Virus record (IMG/VR): IMGVR_UViG_3300020419_001132
From: a virus
Taxonomy: Duplodnaviria; Caudoviricetes
Reading direction: 5' to 3' (one strand)
DNA: 64,000 nucleotides
Shown: positions 19,304-28,218 of the stretch, piece by piece
Layout of the letters: every line of letters starts with the position of its first letter
How positions within the stretch are numbered: position 1 is the first letter of the stretch
Notes under the pieces: model-generated
The model's database searches: none
What the model saw: only the letters and a program-made list of their open reading frames with translations
Told to the model about the DNA's origin: nothing
Translations under genes and position numbers: made by a program

Positions 19304-20590
19304 TCAGTTTACCTTGAGTAGTATCGTATCCGGATTACATCGACCGTTTAGTTTTGTTTCCGTGGTTTTAATTTCATCTAAGAATGTACGAAGTTTTACT
19401 TTGCCACAATCCTTAAATTGTCGTAATTGTTCTTCAGGCTTACGTAATGTTTTTTGCATACTAGCTTGTTCATCAAATCCTATGATGGTAGTACCTTTTA
19501 CACTAAGTCCTGTACCGTCACGTTGTTGTCCTTGGGGATCAATGTTCTTTGCAATATATTTGCCTATTTTTCTATTCTTTTTATTGAATACCCATAATTC
19601 GTTAGCTTTAATAATATCTTCCGGTGTTATACTTGCAACCTTAAACTTTTCATCTGCTTTACAGTATTTTAATTTTTCAACTAATTTACTTGCACTCTTT
19701 GGCTTAGACTTTCTAGGTTTACGGTTTGCTTTTGCACTATCAATGACAAAGTCTAATGCCTGTTCTAAATTCTCAATAGCAGTGATGTATTTTTTAACAT
19801 CAGCTTTTGATAAATGGGCATATCCTTCTTTCAGTTGCTCCCAGTCGTCTGCTTCTTTCTCACTCATTTTCTTAAGCTGGCCAGCAGTAGGAATTACTAA
19901 AAGGGCTTTAAAGTCGTTAAGCTCTCCGTCATAAAATGTTTTCAGTTTTCTAGCATGAGCTTGTGAAACATTCATTTTTTGGAAGTGTGTTTTAAAATCG
20001 AATCCTTTTGGATCAAAAGATTCCTTATCTGTACAAAATCCTTCTAACCATTCTTCTATTGCTTCGGATTGTATATATGCCTGCTCTCTAATTCTTTCTT
20101 GAATACTTAGAGGAGGAGCAATCTTTGCTTTCTTCTGTTCTATTTCTTTTCTATCTTTAAGTACAGTTTTGCCTTCTGCAATACCTAATTCAATTCTTTT
20201 TACTATAAATTCTGTCTTGGGTTTTGTTTCACCCATAGTTCCTGGAAGTGTTAACCAATAGTCTGCTTCGCGTTTATCCCAATCAGGCCAACCGTCAAGC
20301 AACATTCTACAACAAATAGCCGCAGTTCCGCTTATTGTATAGTTAGGAGCGGCCTTAGCAAATTTTATTTGCTCTTTTGTATATTTGTTTTTCTCCATCC
20401 ATTCAAATACAGCCGGCATAAGGTCTGGAGTTTTATAGTTGTCGTACCACCATGCATGACATGCGGTGCTTCTTCGATGAAGTTCTTCACCAGTCCAATT
20501 TTGTATGTCTTCGTTGCTGGGTGCTACTAAACCTTTTATGCCACGTCTTTGTGTGGATCGGGCAACCTTTTTCTTGCGTTTTATAGCCAT
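19304..20590 (-). CDS. Hypothetical phage protein (428 aa)
   Basis: Long ORF with SD; basic C-terminal domain SVKGTTIIGFD...KTLRKPEEQL...LNGRCNPDTILLK reminiscent of T4-like phage proteins. Confidence 0.75.
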   Translation of the reverse strand: MAIKRKKKVARSTQRRGIKGLVAPSNEDIQNWTGEELHRRSTACHAWWYDNYKTPDLMPAVFEWMEKNKYTKEQIKFAKAAPNYTISGTAAICCRMLLDGWPDWDKREADYWLTLPGTMGETKPKTEFIVKRIELGIAEGKTVLKDRKEIEQKKAKIAPPLSIQERIREQAYIQSEAIEEWLEGFCTDKESFDPKGFDFKTHFQKMNVSQAHARKLKTFYDGELNDFKALLVIPTAGQLKKMSEKEADDWEQLKEGYAHLSKADVKKYITAIENLEQALDFVIDSAKANRKPRKSKPKSASKLVEKLKYCKADEKFKVASITPEDIIKANELWVFNKKNRKIGKYIAKNIDPQGQQRDGTGLSVKGTTIIGFDEQASMQKTLRKPEEQLRQFKDCGKVKLRTFLDEIKTTETKLNGRCNPDTILLKVN

Positions 20591-20623
20591 TTGTTTTTCC
20601 TATAATTTTATTTGTATATATGT

Positions 20624-20818
20624 TTATGTATCTCTCTTTATACATTCAATACTATTGAAATTTGACTTCTTTTGCTTACCTTTGATAATCACGTTCGGTG
20701 GGTTTGCATCTTCAAACTTTTGTTTTGCAATACTGCAAGTAAAGTAACTACCCATCTTCATTTCCATTTGCATATCAGGCATGCCCGAAACAGACAATAC
20801 TAATACTAGCCAATACAA
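20624..20818 (-). CDS. Small secreted/membrane protein
   Basis: 64 aa, hydrophobic N-terminus, two Cys; TTG start after GGAG. Confidence 0.55.
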   Translation of the reverse strand: MYWLVLVLSVSGMPDMQMEMKMGSYFTCSIAKQKFEDANPPNVIIKGKQKKSNFNSIECIKRDT

Positions 20819-20852
20819 TTTCTTTCTCCTTGTTATTGTTTTTGTTGCTGGG

Positions 20853-22193
20853 TTATGCTTTCTCTCCGTTATACTCTCGGAAAGTTTTGAACCTTGGAAA
20901 TCTTAGACTGTAAGTATCTGAGTCTTGTGATTTGGTTCGAGCATCTGCTCTAATTTCAATTAACTGACCAACGAGATTATCACGTTCATTCCAGAACTGA
21001 TCACGTTGAGCGTCAGTGAAGCCACTGCCACAGTTAAGGTGATAAGTGTATCCATCATCTTCTCCTTCTACAATTACGGCACCTAGTCGGCCTTCATTAC
21101 GGCCTGTGCCTTCCTCAACCGCAACTACTTTTAATGTTACTTCTATAAATGGTTTTGCTTTTAACCAACTATGTGTTCTTTTACATTCATAAGGTGCATT
21201 AGGATCCTTTATCATAACACCTTCATATCCACCGTCTACAGCCGCTTTATTAAGCTCTACAAAGCGATCTTGACCTTCTTGGGTATCTAAGTTCACATCT
21301 TCCCAGTCTAGTGTTTGAACGTGCTTTAAGACGTCTTTATTTTGTTCTACCCAAGCCTTGACTGCTTGGCTTCTAAATGCTTGTGTTTTGTCCCATATGC
21401 CTTTTTGAAAATCGGATAAAGGACACATATCAAATAAATGCAATACTGCATCATCTGATTGCTTACCATCTTTTCTGTGTACCTGTTTCATCAAGTCTTG
21501 AAAATTAGCACTCATTACTTCACCGTCTAATACCAAGTCATACGGTGCAGGATTTGTTTTAAGTACTTCTTCAATTTCTGCTATAATGTGTCCAAAGTTA
21601 TGAAACTGTTTACCATTACGACTAAACATTTCTACCCTGCTAAATTTACCGTGACTAGTATCTCCTTGTATAACAGTAATAACTCTTACACCATCTAATT
21701 TAACTTCTACTTGCTTGTTACCAATCATTTTCTTTTCATGATTAGCTGAGTCGTGTGCTAAAGGGCAAGTAAATACTGGAATAGCATATTGTGGGAATTT
21801 CTTAGCAATTTTATTTACAGTCTTTTCACTTACACCGCAACGCAGGTCTTTTATCAGTACACGTCTATAAAATGTATTCCATTGTTCTGTAGTAGCAACT
21901 CCCATTGCAAGTTCTATTGCATCACGTGCGGCATGTCCTGTAAGTTCTCTATCAATAAGTTGATTAGCAAGTGTTTTAAAATTGTCCCATGACAATCCTT
22001 GTCCTGTTAAAACATCGCTTCTTTCTGGTACTTGCTTTACTCCAAAAGTAACAAGTGGATCCAGTGCCATCTTGACACCTTCAAAGAATTCATCTAATCC
22101 CTCAGTCATAGCTTGTTCTATAATTGCCTCTTTTGCAAGTCTAGAATTGTCAGCTTCGAGTTGTAAAATAATTTCTTGTGGTTGTGTTCTCAT
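20853..22193 (-). CDS. lig: ATP-dependent DNA ligase
   Basis: EVKLDGVR (motif I), VLDGE, YEGVMIK, WLKAK and OB-fold SLRFPRF; start MRTQ. Confidence 0.95.
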   Translation of the reverse strand: MRTQPQEIILQLEADNSRLAKEAIIEQAMTEGLDEFFEGVKMALDPLVTFGVKQVPERSDVLTGQGLSWDNFKTLANQLIDRELTGHAARDAIELAMGVATTEQWNTFYRRVLIKDLRCGVSEKTVNKIAKKFPQYAIPVFTCPLAHDSANHEKKMIGNKQVEVKLDGVRVITVIQGDTSHGKFSRVEMFSRNGKQFHNFGHIIAEIEEVLKTNPAPYDLVLDGEVMSANFQDLMKQVHRKDGKQSDDAVLHLFDMCPLSDFQKGIWDKTQAFRSQAVKAWVEQNKDVLKHVQTLDWEDVNLDTQEGQDRFVELNKAAVDGGYEGVMIKDPNAPYECKRTHSWLKAKPFIEVTLKVVAVEEGTGRNEGRLGAVIVEGEDDGYTYHLNCGSGFTDAQRDQFWNERDNLVGQLIEIRADARTKSQDSDTYSLRFPRFKTFREYNGEKA

Positions 22194-22229
22194 ATCTTTG
22201 CCTTTGTGCCTAAAATTAATTATACACTT

Positions 22230-22267
22230 ACTATACACTCTTTAAATAAAGAAGTCAAGTATTTTGG
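22230..22267 (-). promoter_or_regulatory. Sigma70-type promoter with upstream CCAAAA box
   Basis: CCAAAA-TAC-TTGACT-17-TATAGT upstream of the ligase. Confidence 0.75.
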
Positions 22268-22977
22268 CAAATATATTGGAAAGCTCTGTCTGCAAAGACT
22301 TTATGAGATTGTTCTCCTGGATGTGAATTGTCTAAAGCAAAATCTTGCATTGTTTTTGATATATCAACTATTCCACTAACTTTAATTGGTACATAATTTA
22401 TAGAATCCAAGTCGTGTTTTTTCATAAAATTTCTTTCGTGATAGCTTTTACCACAAGAAAAATAATATGCTGTAATATTTTTATGTTTTAAAAAAAGGTA
22501 TACATAGTTTGTTAGAGTTATCCAATCAAGATGAATATGTGCTTCTTCTGCAAAAAAACTTACCCAAACTTTATCAAGGGCAGTTGATTTAGGTTTCCTA
22601 TTAGCAAAAATTTGTTCTATTACCCATTCACCATATTTTTCATTTGGATTGTAAGGTGCATTAGTCCCCAAGCCGGATTCGGCTTCAGGCTCATATTTAA
22701 TAAGACAACTTCTAGGAATAGGGGGAAACATTACTACAACCATATCGCCCTTTCGATATTTTGTTGTTTGTATCTTATGTACTACTTCTCTCATACTAGC
22801 ACCAGGATTACTTAGATTTAAACAAACTCTGTTTAGATCATTACTTAATAATTGAGGCCAGGCAAACTTAGAAGGTTGCTCTCCTGCACCCATACCTATT
22901 GCACAATCTCGTAATCCGTGTCCGTATGTATTACTGCATCCAAAGGCTATTAGGCGTCTTTTTTTAGGTTTCTTCAT
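22255..22977 (-). CDS. SGNH/GDSL-like hydrolase
   Basis: IAFGCSNTYG (block I), NLSNPGAS (block II), DNSHPG (block V). Confidence 0.75.
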   Translation of the reverse strand: MKKPKKRRLIAFGCSNTYGHGLRDCAIGMGAGEQPSKFAWPQLLSNDLNRVCLNLSNPGASMREVVHKIQTTKYRKGDMVVVMFPPIPRSCLIKYEPEAESGLGTNAPYNPNEKYGEWVIEQIFANRKPKSTALDKVWVSFFAEEAHIHLDWITLTNYVYLFLKHKNITAYYFSCGKSYHERNFMKKHDLDSINYVPIKVSGIVDISKTMQDFALDNSHPGEQSHKVFADRAFQYICQNT

Positions 22978-22982
22978 GTCAA

Positions 22983-22988
22983 TATTTA
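22983..22988 (-). promoter_or_regulatory. Late promoter TAAATA, predicted leaderless start
   Basis: TAAATA-TTGAC-ATG(22977). Confidence 0.6.
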
Positions 22989-23031
22989 TAACGGGTATGT
23001 TCAGTATGCATAGCTATTTGATATAGCACAG

Positions 23032-23039
23032 TATAAATA
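23032..23039 (+). promoter_or_regulatory. Late promoter TATAAATA
   Basis: Exact T4 late consensus upstream of the structured leader. Confidence 0.65.
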
Positions 23040-23043
23040 CAGA

Positions 23044-23150
23044 TGAGCTAGTTCAGCTCAGGCACCTGGGAAAGACCAAGTGACGTCGGAAATAGACCGA
23101 GGTATTGCTCCCCTTAAGCATCCAAAACTTAATAGAAACAGGAGAACACT
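23044..23150 (+). ncRNA. Candidate structured 5' leader / cis-regulatory RNA
   Basis: Four consecutive stem-loops (23044-60, 23063-82, 23086-100, 23101-123) between the promoter and SD AGGAG; family not recognised. Confidence 0.45.
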
Positions 23151-23354
23151 ATGGAAAATGTGTATAAAGTCCTACGATTTTTGTTTGGATCAATTGATAA
23201 CTCATCCAAACACGAAAGCTATCGTATATGGGCTAAGACAGAGTATGGTAATGATTGGCGTTTTGTTTATCAACACCTACTCGAACATAACGGCCAGCCG
23301 CCGAAAAAGCAAGACTATCAAAATGTAAATGAAAACTTAAAAGGATGGGTATAA
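23151..23354 (+). CDS. Small hypothetical protein
   Basis: 67 aa, SD AGGAG; WAKTEYGNDW motif. Confidence 0.7.
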   Translation: MENVYKVLRFLFGSIDNSSKHESYRIWAKTEYGNDWRFVYQHLLEHNGQPPKKQDYQNVNENLKGWV

Positions 23355-23358
23355 AATT

Positions 23359-23544
23359 ATGACTACACAAATATTAACAACCTACTATTGTAGAATATGC
23401 GATAGTATTTCAAACGGACTTAAAACTATCGGAAATGGCTGTATAAGTTTTTTCGAAACTGCAGGGACTGCAAGAGCGGCCGCTGAACTTACTCGTATGG
23501 GTATGCACAAAGAAGCTAAATCACTTATGACAGGAAAAAAATGA
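23359..23544 (+). CDS. Small protein, possibly DUF1127/RSP_7527-like
   Basis: 61 aa; ARAAAELTRMG helix; family tentative. Confidence 0.6.
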   Translation: MTTQILTTYYCRICDSISNGLKTIGNGCISFFETAGTARAAAELTRMGMHKEAKSLMTGKK

Positions 23545-23687
23545 ATACATTAGCTAAAATATGGAAATACATAAGGCCTAAAACACATCAAGAAATGATC
23601 TATGATTACTTGGCATCGTCTGCAAATCTAGTAGAACTTGAAAGAAGACAACAAGCAATAATTAACGGTAAAGTAAATATTTGGTAA
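23541..23687 (+). CDS. Small protein, DUF3563-like (48 aa)
   Basis: Manual: MNTLAKIWKYIRPKTHQEMIYDYLASSANLVELERRQQAIINGKVNIW; ATGA overlap; YLAxSxxLxxLERR motif. Confidence 0.6.
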   Translation: MNTLAKIWKYIRPKTHQEMIYDYLASSANLVELERRQQAIINGKVNIW

Positions 23688-23688
23688 C

Positions 23689-23763
23689 TGGCACAGGTGG
23701 AAGGAATCGAACCCTCTCTTTCAGGTTTGGAATCTGACGTGCAACCATTAACACTTCACCCAT
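23689..23763 (-). tRNA. trnW: tRNA-Trp (CCA)
   Basis: Cloverleaf ATGGGTG-AA-GTGT...GCAC-G-TCAGA-TTCCAAA-CCTGA-AAGA-GAGGG-TTCGATT-CCTTC-CACCTGT-G-CCA; encoded CCA end, G73. Confidence 0.92.
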
Positions 23764-23781
23764 AGAACTTATTGTCTATAT

Positions 23782-23810
23782 AATGTAACACAAGTATTCT
23801 TATGTGTCAA
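23782..23810 (-). promoter_or_regulatory. Sigma70-type promoter for the tRNA
   Basis: TTGACA-17-TACATT just upstream of the tRNA. Confidence 0.6.
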
Positions 23811-23824
23811 GTCTAAATTTTAAA

Positions 23825-24016
23825 TTATTGTAGTTTATTACAGACATACTTATTGCCAAGAGGAGACTCTATAGCAATGTATGGTAATTCTTCATTAGGA
23901 GCCCGACATTCAATCGAGTTCCAACTATATCCCTGTGTAAGTTGTTCGTTCATTGTGTCAATGAACTCTCTGTTATCATACGACCATAGGGCCGCAAAAA
24001 GTGTTAAAAATACCAT
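23825..24016 (-). CDS. Small hypothetical protein
   Basis: 63 aa, hydrophobic N-terminus, SD GAGG. Confidence 0.65.
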   Translation of the reverse strand: MVFLTLFAALWSYDNREFIDTMNEQLTQGYSWNSIECRAPNEELPYIAIESPLGNKYVCNKLQ

Positions 24017-24040
24017 TTACTTTACCTCTCTTAAAAACGG

Positions 24041-24496
24041 TTAGTTACAAAAATTTTTCACTAGCTCTAAGGGAGAATCTCCCTTGTGCCAGTATGAAAA
24101 TGCCTCTGCTTCAATTTGATGATCGTGTTTATCATATCGACTAGAAACATATTCCGGAACGTACATATTTACTTGAAAAGTCTTTAATTCTGCATTATGA
24201 AATCCAGCATGACAATCTTGTGCAAGGTGTACAGCCTCGTGCATTAGAACTTTTCTGTAAACATCTTTATGTCTATTTTTTGGCCAGTTTTTCTGGATAT
24301 TATCTACACAAAGTTCTAATCTATTAGCAGATGGTCTATACCATCCGTCGGAATCTGGTGAACGTTCGCAACCGTATGAATTAATTACTACAGGAACATA
24401 CTTTTGTAGTTCGGTTGCAAGATCTTGGTATGCAAGTGCAGGATGACATCCGGCAATTGATATAAGCATAATAGTTGCGAACATTCTTGAAATCAT
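24041..24496 (-). CDS. Exported HExxH zinc metallopeptidase-like protein
   Basis: Signal peptide; VLMHEAVHLAQ plus downstream EAEA. Confidence 0.7.
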   Translation of the reverse strand: MISRMFATIMLISIAGCHPALAYQDLATELQKYVPVVINSYGCERSPDSDGWYRPSANRLELCVDNIQKNWPKNRHKDVYRKVLMHEAVHLAQDCHAGFHNAELKTFQVNMYVPEYVSSRYDKHDHQIEAEAFSYWHKGDSPLELVKNFCN

Positions 24497-24912
24497 TTTT
24501 GGAACCTTACGTTATAGGTTTTTCCTTCGTAAAGAAAACTTACGATACTATGACTGTATACTTCTTTTGTAGTGTCATTAAACCTTTGTTCAAGTCGACA
24601 CACTCTTTTTGTGCCTCCTGTCGCTTGACTGTTGTTATGCCCAAGCATACCACCAATCACGGCACCTAATGCTCCACCGTTTTTTACATCACCTACATTG
24701 TTGCCTATAATGCCTCCTATGATAGCACCTTTCAATGTATCTCCAGTTTTATCACCTGAAACATTTTCGTTATAACATACTTCTACATTGTATGCATCTC
24801 TTTCAATCACTGTCTTATAATGATCACTTACGTTTATATCGGCATTAGCCACTCCGGCAAATCCACAAAATGAACTTGCCACAATAGCTAAAGTTAAATT
24901 AAGTTTTTTCAA
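24493..24912 (-). CDS. Glycine-zipper 2TM exported protein
   Basis: Signal peptide; GAIIGGIIG...GALGAVIGGMLG. Confidence 0.8.
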   Translation of the reverse strand: MKKLNLTLAIVASSFCGFAGVANADINVSDHYKTVIERDAYNVEVCYNENVSGDKTGDTLKGAIIGGIIGNNVGDVKNGGALGAVIGGMLGHNNSQATGGTKRVCRLEQRFNDTTKEVYSHSIVSFLYEGKTYNVRFQK

Positions 24913-25204
24913 CTTCTTCTCCTCTAGTTACTTTGGTTACTCTGTCATATTTAAATGACCGCCAGCCGTTGGCGTTAATATCCCAAACTGTGACATTACC
25001 TTCTGGAGGCTCTTTGTCCGTTTTTGGTCTATGGGATTCTGGAATTAGTTTAAAATCCTTTGTACAAGTCATTACCCTTTCATCACCGTTTAGTTTGTTA
25101 AACGTAATTACAAGGGTACTTTCTCGTAATTGCTTATTTAAATCTTCTTTAGTCGGGATGCCTTTTAGTTCAGCGACCTTCGACGATACTATCTGCAAGT
25201 CCAT
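24899..25204 (-). CDS. DUF2693/WYL-like SH3-fold protein
   Basis: [14 protein letters not shown]...[17 protein letters not shown] motif of T4-like DUF2693. Confidence 0.75.
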   Translation of the reverse strand: MDLQIVSSKVAELKGIPTKEDLNKQLRESTLVITFNKLNGDERVMTCTKDFKLIPESHRPKTDKEPPEGNVTVWDINANGWRSFKYDRVTKVTRGEEVEKT

Positions 25205-25754
25205 ATCCTATTGCCTCTTTTGCACTCATGTAAAAATCTCTATCCATATCTTTGGCAACCGTATCTCTTGGCTGTCCTGTATGTTTTACGTATATGTCAG
25301 TCAATGTTTCTTTCCAATATTGTAACTCTTTATATTGTATTTCAACATCACTAGCCATACCTTGTGTTCCGCCACTTGGTTGATGAATCATATGTCTAGC
25401 ATGTGGGAGAACTTTTCTTTTTCCAGGCTCACCAGCCATTGCTAAGAAACTACCCATGCTGGCCGCAATACCCATTACTGTTGTATGCACTGGCGGTTTA
25501 ATAAAACTCATGGTATCATATATACTCATACCAGCAGTAACACTTCCGCCTGGACTATTAATATAAAAGTTTATAGGCTTTTCTTTGTTCTGTGATTGTA
25601 AGAATAACATCTGTGCTACGATTAAACTTGCACTTGTGCTATTGACATCTGTATCAAGCATAATAATTCTGTCTTTAAGTAATCGACTATAGATGTCATA
25701 AGACCTTTCGCCTCGACTTTCTTTTTCAATTACTACTGGAACTAAATTAGGCAT
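25170..25754 (-). CDS. clpP: ATP-dependent Clp protease proteolytic subunit
   Basis: [24 protein letters not shown] (Ser), MIHQP (His), DRDFYM. Confidence 0.97.
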   Translation of the reverse strand: MPNLVPVVIEKESRGERSYDIYSRLLKDRIIMLDTDVNSTSASLIVAQMLFLQSQNKEKPINFYINSPGGSVTAGMSIYDTMSFIKPPVHTTVMGIAASMGSFLAMAGEPGKRKVLPHARHMIHQPSGGTQGMASDVEIQYKELQYWKETLTDIYVKHTGQPRDTVAKDMDRDFYMSAKEAIGYGLADSIVEGR

Positions 25755-25984
25755 TATCTTTGTCTCCCCATGTTAACTTCATAAGTCTTTGGACCTTTGC
25801 TAATAAACTCCATTCCAATCTTATTTCCAACGTACATTCCTTTTCCGTTATAATCTAATTGTATTTTATTACCTGCAACTGCAACAATTAATCTATCTTC
25901 ATTTTTAAATTGCATTACTTCAGCTAATACAGTATTGTCATTATCATTACAAGTAACGTCACATTTGTCTTCATATCTTATCAT
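25754..25984 (-). CDS. Hypothetical protein
   Basis: 76-aa ORF coupled to its neighbours. Confidence 0.7.
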   Translation of the reverse strand: MIRYEDKCDVTCNDNDNTVLAEVMQFKNEDRLIVAVAGNKIQLDYNGKGMYVGNKIGMEFISKGPKTYEVNMGRQR

Positions 25985-26667
25985 ACTTTATATACCTTTA
26001 CATAATTTAATTGTGTTTCGTTTACGTCAAACAATTTATTCTTGACGTGCTTTTTTACTTTGGCTTTAATTCTTCTTCGCTCTCCTGATGGAATTTTATA
26101 CTTGGTCCAAAAAGAAATAATGTTCCCCATTATATCAGCAGTATATACAAATTTATCATAGTCTTGTATAAAAGATTCGTTTATAACATGGCATACACCG
26201 TCTACAGGGTCACCAACTTCACCTATATAATTGCTATTCCTATACACAGTTCGTAGTGTTTTTTTAAAGGAATTTTCTTTTGTTTCACGTAAAACTAGTT
26301 CAGGAACATATGCTAGTATTCCTAGTTTGTTTGAAGCTACATCATCTGATAGAATTGCTTCAATAGTATCTTGCTGAAATTGACTGAGACTGTCGCCTAA
26401 TATACCAAGTGTATATCTACGAAAATGTTTTAATGCATCGTCTACATCTGCATAATCTTGTTCAGTTATAACTAGTGGCTTCCAATCCTCAGGACGGAAA
26501 TCATTTATTAGTTGAAACTTAACTAGATCCTTGTTTGCAAATACAGTATCATTTGTTGGTTCTGAAAACCTAAATGTGTCTTTTAAATACCCTTTGTTCT
26601 TTTTGTAAGCCGCATAAGCTACAGCCAAAACCTCTTGGGTTTTCCAAGTTCTTTCTTTAACCGTCAT
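25981..26667 (-). CDS. Hypothetical protein with C-terminal OB-fold-like region
   Basis: 228 aa; ends KAKVKKH...ETQLNYVKV. Confidence 0.7.
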   Translation of the reverse strand: MTVKERTWKTQEVLAVAYAAYKKNKGYLKDTFRFSEPTNDTVFANKDLVKFQLINDFRPEDWKPLVITEQDYADVDDALKHFRRYTLGILGDSLSQFQQDTIEAILSDDVASNKLGILAYVPELVLRETKENSFKKTLRTVYRNSNYIGEVGDPVDGVCHVINESFIQDYDKFVYTADIMGNIISFWTKYKIPSGERRRIKAKVKKHVKNKLFDVNETQLNYVKVYKV

Positions 26668-27142
26668 GTGTCCACCTTTGTTCGCCTAATTTATTTGCCT
26701 CTGCCCACTGAATGAAAAGTCCAACCTCTCTTCCGTGTGCCTCTATTTCCCAAGGTTGATCCCAGTATTTTGGATCTGAATTTAACCACTTACCTTGCCA
26801 TCTATGTTTATTACGTCTAACACTTTCATACAGTTCACCTCTTGCAAACTGTTTAACGTGCACCATCTCATGTGCAACAGTTTCTAGCAATCTACGTAAC
26901 TTTTGTTGTTTATTGATATCTACATCAAACTCTCTTGGGCGATGCAAATCAGCATAGTCACTTGGTATAGCATAACCTAATGAGTCATCCTTACCAAAGT
27001 TACGTAGATTAATGTTTACCTCAACATTGTACATCTTCGGCATTAGTTTCTTTTGACAAAATTTAACCATACTTCTAACTAGCTCTTTTTGTCTTTTTGA
27101 ACCGCCTTTTATGTGTACTTGCATACTCTCCACCTTTTGCAA
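26657..27142 (-). CDS. SprT-like HExxH metalloprotease
   Basis: TVAHEMVHVKQ and QPWEIEA. Confidence 0.75.
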   Translation of the reverse strand: MQKVESMQVHIKGGSKRQKELVRSMVKFCQKKLMPKMYNVEVNINLRNFGKDDSLGYAIPSDYADLHRPREFDVDINKQQKLRRLLETVAHEMVHVKQFARGELYESVRRNKHRWQGKWLNSDPKYWDQPWEIEAHGREVGLFIQWAEANKLGEQRWTHDG

Positions 27143-27152
27143 TAATAATACT

Positions 27153-27189
27153 ATTATAACAAACTGTGTGCAAAAGTCAAGTGTTTTGG
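27153..27189 (-). promoter_or_regulatory. Sigma70-type promoter with upstream CCAAAA box
   Basis: CCAAAA-CAC-TTGACT-16-TATAAT. Confidence 0.7.
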
Positions 27190-27387
27190 TTAACTACTTT
27201 CAAACATTCCTATTAAATTGGGTCCAAAAGCACTAGCCGCCCAGCCTAAAGCACAAATCATTACTACTCCAAGCACCAACCATTTCATTTTGAAATCGTC
27301 AACTGTCATTTTCAGTCCAATTAATTCATTGCCTAAAATTCTTATTGCAATTTCCAGTTTTCCTTGATCATCTGGTGTACTTGGCAT
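27190..27387 (-). CDS. Small membrane protein
   Basis: 65 aa with one C-terminal TM. Confidence 0.65.
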   Translation of the reverse strand: MPSTPDDQGKLEIAIRILGNELIGLKMTVDDFKMKWLVLGVVMICALGWAASAFGPNLIGMFESS

Positions 27388-27813
27388 TTAAATCTCCTTT
27401 AATAATGTTTTTAGTTTCTTTTTAGATTTACCACGTACTTTTGCTTTATTCATTGCATCTAAGTTAGATGTATCATCTCCAACTATGACAATAGCAATCA
27501 TTCCCATACTTGCATGAGGTGTGCATTGATACAAGTACATGCCTGGAGTATCAAATGTAATCGATACCTCTTTGTTGTTCTTGCTTTTCTTTGGTAATTC
27601 CCAACCATCTGGACCCATTATAAAATGAACGTTGTGTCCTTTTGATTTAGGATTCCAAGTAACTGTATCACCTATATCAATACGGGTTACATCTTCACTG
27701 TAAACCATTTTGGCTCCGTCATCACGTTTGTTTAGCATATCGATCGTCATATCCTCTGCCAGTGCTGGTGTAGCCAGTGCAAGGATCAGACCTAGTGTTG
27801 TAATTAATCTCAT
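27388..27813 (-). CDS. paz: Pseudoazurin (type-1 blue copper protein)
   Basis: Signal peptide; MLNKRDDGAKMVY, KGHNV (His) and YQCTPHASMGM (Cys, His, Met) copper ligands. Confidence 0.9.
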   Translation of the reverse strand: MRLITTLGLILALATPALAEDMTIDMLNKRDDGAKMVYSEDVTRIDIGDTVTWNPKSKGHNVHFIMGPDGWELPKKSKNNKEVSITFDTPGMYLYQCTPHASMGMIAIVIVGDDTSNLDAMNKAKVRGKSKKKLKTLLKEI

Positions 27814-28028
27814 TTTTTATCCTTTACATTAAGATTAGATGGAGAATACTGTTCTCCATTGTATTGCGATCCAGTTTTATTAGGACCAACTTCGACGCCA
27901 CTGTTGCAACCAACAACAACGACCATTAAAAAGATAACACTATACATAGTGACTCTTTTCGTCCATAGCAAAAATTGTTCAAAAGTTCGTTCTGCTTCTG
28001 ATTGTGCTTCTGCTCTTGGGTTATTCAT
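27810..28028 (-). CDS. Possible aa3 cytochrome c oxidase subunit IV (CtaH)-like protein
   Basis: EAERTFEQFLLWTKRVTMYSVIFLMVVV resembles the ERT(Y/F)xxF+TM pattern of COX4_pro_2; start ATG 28028. Confidence 0.45.
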   Translation of the reverse strand: MNNPRAEAQSEAERTFEQFLLWTKRVTMYSVIFLMVVVVGCNSGVEVGPNKTGSQYNGEQYSPSNLNVKDKK

Positions 28029-28218
28029 TTTCTTGTCCTTCGACGCTTTCAATAATAATAGTTCCTTGATCGCCTACTTTTATTTTTACTGGTGTTCCTA
28101 CGGTCCATCCTTGTTTTTCCATTAGCTCATTAGGTATTTTCATTATAACCTTATCCTTGTCATTAGGATCCGTTTGAAAAACTTCATTGTGACTTAAAAC
28201 TAATTTATTTTCCTTCAT
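28021..28218 (-). CDS. AbrB/MazE-like DNA-binding protein
   Basis: VIMKIPNELMEKQGWTVGTPVKIKV...IIIE swapped-hairpin pattern. Confidence 0.65.
   Translation of the reverse strand: MKENKLVLSHNEVFQTDPNDKDKVIMKIPNELMEKQGWTVGTPVKIKVGDQGTIIIESVEGQENE

Noticed and set aside
23043-23051. Leaderless ATG-AGC-TAG mini-ORF at the start of the structured leader
   Set aside because: Only two codons, and the 3-nt spacing differs from the 4-5 nt pattern.
23689-23763. Stop-codon reassignment or suppressor tRNA
   Set aside because: The anticodon is CCA, and conserved genes are full length under code 11 with TAA, TGA and TAG all used as stops.
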